Assembly (NCBI GenBank): GCA_013697365.1 | Contig: JACCXA010000250.1 | Location: 1 to 37,592 of the forward strand | Origin: Chthoniobacterales bacterium | GTDB taxonomy: Bacteria > Verrucomicrobiota > Verrucomicrobiia > Chthoniobacterales > UBA10450 | Length of the DNA stretch: 37,592 nucleotides | Reading direction: 5' to 3' | In this document: positions 33,604 through 37,592 of the stretch, piece after piece | Position numbering within the stretch: position 1 is the stretch's first letter | Layout of the letters: each line of letters starts with the position of its first letter | The notes under the pieces: generated by a model | Seen by the model: only the letters and a program-made list of their open reading frames with translations | Database searches by the model: none | What the model was told of the DNA's origin: nothing | Made by a program: the position numbers and the translations under genes

Positions 33604-34782
33604 ATGGGAATGTGGATTGGCCGAAATCGTAAAGCACGGGTCACCTATGGATTTGATGAGATCGCTCTCGTACCGGGACGAATCACGATTAATCCCAATG
33701 AAGTCGATACGCGTTTTCGTTTGTCACGGCGCGGGGATGAATCGATCGAGCTAAAGATTCCTGTCCTGGCCAGCGCCATGGACGGAGTGGTCGACGTTCG
33801 CTTCGCGATCGAGATGAGCAAACTTGGCGGGCTCGCGGTCCTTAATCTCGAAGGCGTCCAGACCCGCTACAAGAATCCGCAGGAAGTCTTGCAGAAGATC
33901 GTTGAGACGGAAAAGTCTGAGATCACCGGTCTGCTGCAGAAGATCTATCAGGAACCGATCCAGGAAGATCTCATTGCCGCCCGCATCCGGGAGATGAAAG
34001 ACAATGGTGCCATCGCTGCGGTCAGTTCGATTCCGCAAAAAGCCGAGCAATTTGGCGCAATCGCCCAGGAAGCTGGAGCTGACGTTTTTGTCGTGCAGAG
34101 CACCGTATCGACCGTCGAACACATTTCGACCGAGTACAAGTCCCTCGATCTCGCGAAATTCTGCCGTGACATGACGATGCCAGTGATCGTCGGCAACACG
34201 GTCGGCTACGATGTTACCCTCGCGATCATGGAATGCGGGCCTGCGGCGGTTCTAATCGGTGTAGGCCCCGGTGCCGCCTGCACCTCTCGCGGCGTCCTTG
34301 GCCTGGGCGTGCCGCAGGTCACCGCGACGGTGGATTGCGCGGCTGCGCGCGACGCTTACTTCAAGAAGACTTCGCGCTACGTGCCGATCATTACCGACGG
34401 CGGCATGAGCAAAGGCGGCGATGTTTGCAAGGCGCTCGCCTGCGGGGCTGACGCCGTCATGGTGGGCAGCGCGTTTGCCAAAGCCTATGAAGCGCCCGGC
34501 CGCGGCTACCATTGGGGCATGGCCACGCCCCACGCGAATCTCCCCCGCGGCACGCGCATCAAAGTAGGAGCGACAGGCTCGCTCAAACAGATCCTGTTTG
34601 GCCCGGCGGAAGTGGATGATGGCAGCCAGAATCTGGTCGGCGCCATCACCACCTGCATGGGCAATGTGGGTGCACGGGACATTGCTGAATTTCAGCAGAC
34701 CGAAATTATCATTGCCCCGTCGATCAAAACTGAAGGCAAGCTCTTTCAAACCGTGCAAAGCGTCGGAATGGGCACGCGGTGA
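33604..34782 (+). CDS. GuaB3-type IMP dehydrogenase-related protein (TIM barrel without CBS pair)
   Basis: 392 aa. N-terminus ..GRNRKARVTYGFDEIALVPGRITINP.. and an IMPDH-like barrel (..VIVGNTVGYD.., ..GVGPGAACTSR.., ..IITDGGMSKGGDVCKALACGADAVMVGS..), with no inserted CBS domains. Confidence 0.8.
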   Translation: MGMWIGRNRKARVTYGFDEIALVPGRITINPNEVDTRFRLSRRGDESIELKIPVLASAMDGVVDVRFAIEMSKLGGLAVLNLEGVQTRYKNPQEVLQKIVETEKSEITGLLQKIYQEPIQEDLIAARIREMKDNGAIAAVSSIPQKAEQFGAIAQEAGADVFVVQSTVSTVEHISTEYKSLDLAKFCRDMTMPVIVGNTVGYDVTLAIMECGPAAVLIGVGPGAACTSRGVLGLGVPQVTATVDCAAARDAYFKKTSRYVPIITDGGMSKGGDVCKALACGADAVMVGSAFAKAYEAPGRGYHWGMATPHANLPRGTRIKVGATGSLKQILFGPAEVDDGSQNLVGAITTCMGNVGARDIAEFQQTEIIIAPSIKTEGKLFQTVQSVGMGTR

Positions 34783-34878
34783 GGGAGCGTGATTTGTTGA
34801 ATCGTTAAAAGGAGTTAAATCGTTGCCAGGCCTTCTCGCATTTCAGGATTTAATCATTCAACCGCATAACCATTCACG

Positions 34879-36132
34879 ATGCCCATGTACGATCGAAGAG
34901 TTGTCATTACAGGCCTAGGCGTCGTCACTCCAGTCGGAAATGACCTCGTAACTTTTTGGGACAATCTCAAGAACGGGGTCAGTGGCATCGGCCTGGTCGA
35001 TGCCTTTGATACGACCGGCTACGATTGCCTGATTGGCGGGCAGGTTCGCAACTACGAGCCGAAAGATTTCTTCAAAAACCCTAAAGACGTTCGGCGGACC
35101 GACCGCTTCGCGCAGCTTGCCTTGGGTGCAGCCAAGATGGCGAAAGAAGACAGCGGGATCGACTTGGAGAAGGTCGACCTTGATCGCTTTGGCGTCATCG
35201 TCAGCAGCGGCATCGGTGGTCTCAAGACGCTTGAAGATCAACACAGCAACCTCGTTTTTAAGGGTCCCACCCGTCTCTCGCCTTTTACGATACCCATGCT
35301 CATCAGCAACATGGCGAGCGGCCTCATCTCGATGGAGTACGGTCTGCAGGGGCCGAACTTTTGCATAGTAACCGCTTGTGCGACTTCGACCAATTCGATC
35401 GGCGAATCCTGGCGCATGATTAAGTTCGGCGACGCCGACATCTTTCTCGCCGGCGGTTCGGAAGCTTCCATCATTCCGATCGGCATGGGTGCCTTCGCTT
35501 CGATGAAAGCGCTCAGCACCCGCAATGATGATCCTACGCACGCCTCACGTCCCTGGGACAGGGATCGAGACGGCTTCGTCATGAGCGAAGGCGGCGGTGT
35601 CGTCGTCGTCGAGGAACTCGAACATGCGAAAGCGCGGGGTGCGAAGATCTACTGCGAACTAACTGGGTACGGCCTTTCGGCGGATGCCTATCATATGACA
35701 GCGCCTCCTCCCGATGGCAGCGGCGCGGCCCGAGCCATGCGCATGGCCCTGGGGCATGCCAGCACGAATCCGGATGAGGTCGACTACGTTAATGCCCACG
35801 CCACTTCCACCGGGCTGGGCGACGTCGCAGAAACTCGCGCGATCAAAGCCGTGCTGGGCGACCATGCCTACAAGGTCTCGATCAGCTCGACGAAATCCAT
35901 GACCGGTCATTTGCTTGGCGGAGCCGGCGCAGTCGAAATGGCAGCATGCGCGCTTGCCATTCGCGATTCCGTCATCCCGCCGACGACCAATCTCGATCAC
36001 CCCGACGAAGAATGTGATCTCGATTTCACGCCGAACGTCGCGAAGGAAAAAAAAGTCCGCATCGTGATGAACAATTCCTTCGGGTTTGGCGGGCATAACG
36101 CCACCCTGATTGCGCGCGAGTTCGTCGGTTAG
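34879..36132 (+). CDS. fabF: 3-oxoacyl-[acyl-carrier-protein] synthase II
   Basis: ..RRVVITGLGVVTPVGN.., active-site Cys ..VTACATSTNSIG.., His motifs ..NAHATSTGLGD.. and ..KSMTGHLLGGAG.., C-terminal ..NSFGFGGHNA... Confidence 0.95.
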   Translation: MPMYDRRVVITGLGVVTPVGNDLVTFWDNLKNGVSGIGLVDAFDTTGYDCLIGGQVRNYEPKDFFKNPKDVRRTDRFAQLALGAAKMAKEDSGIDLEKVDLDRFGVIVSSGIGGLKTLEDQHSNLVFKGPTRLSPFTIPMLISNMASGLISMEYGLQGPNFCIVTACATSTNSIGESWRMIKFGDADIFLAGGSEASIIPIGMGAFASMKALSTRNDDPTHASRPWDRDRDGFVMSEGGGVVVVEELEHAKARGAKIYCELTGYGLSADAYHMTAPPPDGSGAARAMRMALGHASTNPDEVDYVNAHATSTGLGDVAETRAIKAVLGDHAYKVSISSTKSMTGHLLGGAGAVEMAACALAIRDSVIPPTTNLDHPDEECDLDFTPNVAKEKKVRIVMNNSFGFGGHNATLIAREFVG

Positions 36133-36156
36133 CCGCGCGGCGCACGAAGATTGCCG

Positions 36157-36621
36157 CTATTCGGCGAACACGGGCGCGGCCGTGATATCAGAAGCGTCGA
36201 AGGAGAAGCCATGCCCTTCACGCGACAGGCCCTGCAACAAAGTCGCGACGCTCTGCGCCGTACTGGCCGAGTAAAATCGCACCAGGCCCACCGTCGTCCG
36301 CCGTCCAAAAACGGTGATCATGATCGAATCGTCATCGACTGAGTTCATGAAAATGTGGTTGCCGTTGCCCTGATGATAGAGCGCGTTGAATTCCACCTCG
36401 CCGATCCGCCGCGCCAACTCCTTGGTGGCCGCAAACGAGCCGGCCGCGAGCGCCGCGATGATCGTCACATCCATCACGGTCATGTCGCCAAATTGTGAGA
36501 TGACGTTGCCGCCGCGATCAATCACGACCGTCAGCTCGGCTTCTGCTTTCTTCAGAAACTCTCCAAGCACGCCATCCAGCGTCGCGACGTCGTCAATCGT
36601 GAGGCACGGAATCGCGTTCAT
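36157..36621 (-). CDS. mglB: Roadblock/LC7-domain protein MglB (GAP of MglA)
   Basis: 154 aa, collinear with Myxococcus MglB as I recall it (..VVIDRGGNVISQFG.., ..IAALAAGSFAATKELARRIGEVEFNALYHQGNGNHIFM.., ..TTVGLVRFY..). The start overlaps the mglA stop by 4 nt. Confidence 0.8.
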   Translation of the reverse strand: MNAIPCLTIDDVATLDGVLGEFLKKAEAELTVVIDRGGNVISQFGDMTVMDVTIIAALAAGSFAATKELARRIGEVEFNALYHQGNGNHIFMNSVDDDSIMITVFGRRTTVGLVRFYSASTAQSVATLLQGLSREGHGFSFDASDITAAPVFAE

Positions 36622-37289
36622 ACTGTCGCGCCCTGTCTTTGCAAAGCCGGCACCTCCTCGGGGATGGCGACAGGTGCCGGAGCAATCTTGGGCACATCGC
36701 TCTGCTTGCTGAATTTGTGCAGCAGAATTTGCGAGACGGCGTTGAGCGAAGCGAAAACATTTTGCCCGGTGCTCGACACCACCTCGAAGCTTTGCACGCG
36801 CTTCTTGCGGTTGTTCAGGACGTACTCGAGATAATTCACCGGCGCCACGTTTTCGAGATCGCGTTTGTTGTATTGCAGGACGTACGGAATCTCATCGAGC
36901 GAGATGTTTTGCTTGGCGAGGTTGTCTTCCAGATTCTTAAAGCTTTCGACGTTTTCCTCCATTTTTTCCCATTGCGAATCCGCGACAAATACCACCCCAT
37001 CCACGCTCCGGAGCACGAGCTGGCGTGTCGCATTGTAAATGACCTGCCCCGGCACGGTGTAGAGCTGGAACTTCGTCACGAAGCCTTTGATCACGACCGC
37101 ATTCAGCGGGAGAAAATCAAAGAAGAGAGTGCGATCGGCGGCTGTCGCGAGCGAGACGAGGTCGCCGCGGTTTTGCGGATTAATCCGTTGATGGATGTAA
37201 CCGAGATTCGTCGTCTTGCCACAAAGCGCCGGCCCGTAGTAAACGATTTTAAACTGAATCTCGCGGCTGGCGTAATTGATGATCGACAT
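36618..37289 (-). CDS. mglA: Ras-like small GTPase MglA
   Basis: ..FKIVYYGPALCGKTTNL.. (P-loop), ..DRTLFFDFLP.., ..LYTVPGQVIYNATR.., ..LQYNKRDL... Start at the internal Met (MSIINYASREI). It carries a Pro-rich C-terminal tail of about 30 aa beyond the G domain. Confidence 0.9.
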   Translation of the reverse strand: MSIINYASREIQFKIVYYGPALCGKTTNLGYIHQRINPQNRGDLVSLATAADRTLFFDFLPLNAVVIKGFVTKFQLYTVPGQVIYNATRQLVLRSVDGVVFVADSQWEKMEENVESFKNLEDNLAKQNISLDEIPYVLQYNKRDLENVAPVNYLEYVLNNRKKRVQSFEVVSSTGQNVFASLNAVSQILLHKFSKQSDVPKIAPAPVAIPEEVPALQRQGATV

Positions 37290-37302
37290 GGGATTGTGGG
37301 GC

Positions 37303-37592
37303 CTAGACCGGTTGCGAATATTTGCGTGAAAGTTCCTGCACTGTCCGGCCAAGCCGTGCACGCGTTTCAGGAGTCAACTGCTCACCGGCATGGAGCGCGG
37401 CGAGGCAGACATTGTCTTGCATGACGAAAGTAAAGGTGGCGTTCGTGCAGGAGAGCGTCATGGCACGAAGCTCTCCCACCTGAGTTTCTTCGAGGTGATT
37501 CTCCATCCGTCGCAGCATCGAGGGCGCCAGAGCGCAGAGCCCATCGGCCTGCAACTCCTCCGGAAGATTTCCTGCCAGACTGAGGCCGTCGC
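37303..37592 (-). CDS. Second Roadblock/LC7-like protein, 5' end runs off the window
   Basis: The reading frame is open from the window edge (..DGLSLAGNLPEELQADGLCALAPSMLRRME..LRAMTLSCTNATFTFVMQDNVCLAALH..) to the stop at 37303, 13 nt upstream of mglA. The pattern resembles the second half of Roadblock/LC7 domains. The call is tentative because only about 95 aa are visible. Confidence 0.5.
   Translation of the reverse strand, partial: DGLSLAGNLPEELQADGLCALAPSMLRRMENHLEETQVGELRAMTLSCTNATFTFVMQDNVCLAALHAGEQLTPETRARLGRTVQELSRKYSQPV

Noticed and set aside
36133-36156. GCCGCGCGGC palindrome in the convergent fabF/mglB gap
   Set aside because: A 10-bp GC palindrome leaves no room for a loop and has no T-tract. 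It is expected by chance in GC-rich DNA.
1-37592. CRISPR arrays, rRNA genes, insertion sequences, defence or toxin-antitoxin cassettes
   Set aside because: No regularly spaced direct repeats, no rRNA-like conserved blocks and no transposase, integrase or nuclease-like ORFs were seen. The repeats present are palindromic single elements, not arrays.

Overview
GC-rich bacterial chromosomal window. Product calls come from reading the translated ORFs for family signatures; no database search was possible. The core (30783 down to 11575, all minus strand) is a complete division/cell-wall (dcw) cluster. Its order is mraZ-rsmH-ftsL-ftsI-murE-murF-mraY-murD-[LysM membrane protein]-ftsW-murG-[murC-murB fusion]-ddl-ftsQ-ftsA-ftsZ. 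Most junctions are overlapping or abutting start/stop codons. The fused murC-murB and a full dcw cluster with ftsZ suggest a Verrucomicrobia/PVC-type genome (inference only). The left flank holds a 5'-truncated L,D-transpeptidase lipoprotein, tRNA-Leu(GAG), an ORF-poor stretch of about 700 bp, a DUF885 protein, a DUF485/ActP acetate symporter pair and a polytopic membrane protein. It also holds a co-directional module of retropepsin-like protease, ECF sigma, anti-sigma-like protein and a PDZ protein without a protease domain, then a tandem NTF2-like secreted protein. The right flank holds a small YD-repeat-like secreted protein and a tightly coupled exbB-exbD-tonB-like-[TM + zinc-ribbon miniprotein]-guaB3-like operon. 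After that come fabF and an mglA GTPase flanked by two Roadblock/LC7 genes, the last cut by the window edge. No CRISPR array, rRNA, transposase or integrase was seen. The structure not explained by genes is three unrelated inverted-repeat elements of about 150 nt that fill intergenic gaps, two of them inside the dcw operon. There is also a four-box direct-repeat array at exact 10-bp spacing upstream of mraZ. Many long ORFs in the six-frame track are off-frame or antisense artefacts of GC-rich DNA and were discarded. Several starts were moved inward from the ORF-track maxima.
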